Shown here piece after piece: positions 63,561 through 64,000 of a DNA stretch of 64,000 bases. Made by a program: the position numbers and the translations under genes. The notes beneath the pieces were generated by a model. That model searched no databases. It was not told where the DNA came from and worked only from the letters and a program-made list of their open reading frames with translations. Each line of letters starts with the position of its first letter. Positions within the stretch are counted from its first letter, which is position 1. Source of the stretch: a virus. Its lineage: Duplodnaviria > Caudoviricetes. The stretch lies in the IMG/VR virus record IMGVR_UViG_3300033062_002302, one strand, 5' to 3'.

Positions 63561-63894
63561 TTTAATTCCAACTTCATGTCCAAGATGTAATAGTCCATGG
63601 ACAAATTATAATGCCAATATAGAATCAACCAATAGAGTTTTACAATGTTCGCTTTGCCCGAAAATAAGTCAAGGCGGGGTTTTTAACTTGCCATGGGCAA
63701 CTCTTACTACAAATTATATCACTATTAGAACGGAGATTTATAATATCTTCTTTGATTGGGAAGATCAAAGAAGTGATTTATATAAAGAAAGCTTTCCTGT
63801 TCTTCTTAATCAAAACATTAATATTATTAAGTTATTGCATCTTTCCAACGATCAAATAAATGTTGAAATCAATACCTTAATTATCTTTTCATAA
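63526..63894 (+). CDS. CPRC / IFS-tail family protein (start uncertain)
   Basis: CPRC..CSLCP..TLIIFS*; only in-frame ATG lies inside the upstream gene. Confidence 0.7.
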   Translation: MTWSNPSSSSHNLIPTSCPRCNSPWTNYNANIESTNRVLQCSLCPKISQGGVFNLPWATLTTNYITIRTEIYNIFFDWEDQRSDLYKESFPVLLNQNINIIKLLHLSNDQINVEINTLIIFS

Positions 63895-63903
63895 TTCTTT
63901 ATC

Positions 63904-63986
63904 ATGACTCTACCGATCAATTATCCGACCGTTTGCCCAAGATGCCAATCCAGCCTATCCGCCTATAAAGGCGCCAGTTGGCTTTG
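63904..63986 (+). CDS. CPRC family member, 3' partial
   Basis: MTLPINYPTVCPRCQSSLSAYKGASWL then runs into adapter. Confidence 0.8.
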
Positions 63987-64000
63987 AGATCGGAAGAGCA
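63987..64000 (+). other. Illumina adapter read-through (technical artefact)
   Basis: AGATCGGAAGAGCA matches the start of the TruSeq adapter. Confidence 0.93.

Larger units (their letters stand above)
55087..63986 (+). repeat. Tandem array of 27 paralogous ~330-nt zinc-ribbon/IFS-tail genes (last one partial)
   Basis: Consecutive same-strand ORFs sharing N-terminal CxxC..CxxC and C-terminal (L)S.(D/E)EI...I..LIFS; mostly ATGA/TAATG overlaps. Confidence 0.95.

Noticed and set aside
2829-63628. Short alternative-frame and antisense ORFs in the track (e.g. 2829, 4917, 7693, 10807, 13299, 15365, 15738, 19682, 22484, 35634, 36481, 38638, 45795, 50099, 56484, 63317)
   Set aside because: They overlap well-supported genes or regulatory DNA and show no motifs; treated as shadow ORFs
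55087-63894. Tail as an F-box/PRANC motif (LxxLPxEIxxxIFS resemblance)
   Set aside because: Spacing differs, Pro is present in only one member, the protein ends at IFS, and gene content points to a bacterial host without SCF
50172-63986. Diversity-generating retroelement as the source of variation (FGE/CLec protein nearby)
   Set aside because: No reverse transcriptase and no template/variable repeat pair differing only at adenines seen in the window; paralogues differ by indels and all substitution types
55087-63986. Integron-like cassette array
   Set aside because: Genes overlap or abut, leaving no room for attC hairpins; no integrase in the window; junction conservation follows codons
1-64000. 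Eukaryotic giant virus or bacterial chromosome origin
   Set aside because: Sigma70 factor, DnaB/DnaC, IF-1, M23, SD sites and coupled operons indicate a bacterial host; virion-like genes, inteins and the absence of cellular operons argue against a chromosome, although no capsid or terminase lies in this window
1-64000. CRISPR array, tRNA or rRNA genes
   Set aside because: No repeat-spacer periodicity or cloverleaf-like sequence noticed; intergenic gaps are mostly under 100 nt (by-eye check only)

Overview
AT-rich, gene-dense 64 kb segment of a large (jumbo/huge) bacteriophage genome, read in the standard genetic code. The phage call is inferred from gene content: tail-fibre-like and dockerin-motif virion proteins, a tubulin/FtsZ GTPase, SF2 helicase, DnaC-like loader, DnaB, a sigma-70-type factor, nrdAB, PhoH, thyA, folA, dut, a GMPR/IMPDH, IF-1, Map, an M23 peptidase and four glycosyltransferases plus RmlB. 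Four genes carry LAGLIDADG inteins in catalytic motifs (RmlB, NrdA, PhoH, GMPR/IMPDH). The most striking feature is a set of about 52 small accessory genes from three sequence-unrelated families: 37 complete plus 1 partial CxxC zinc-ribbon genes (including an unbroken 27-gene tandem array at 55.1-64 kb), 12 HRxDGPA-repeat genes, and 3 others. All end in the same kind of C-terminal amphipathic helix with an invariant penultimate Phe (..LLIFS*, ..LAMFW*, ..LxxFL*), while the rest of each protein is hypervariable. Synonymous variation in the tail codons shows the constraint acts on the protein. This looks like a modular 'variable binder + constant docking tail' library; its function is unknown. 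No tRNA, rRNA or CRISPR array was seen. The last 14 nt are Illumina adapter, so the array is cut off by the assembly.
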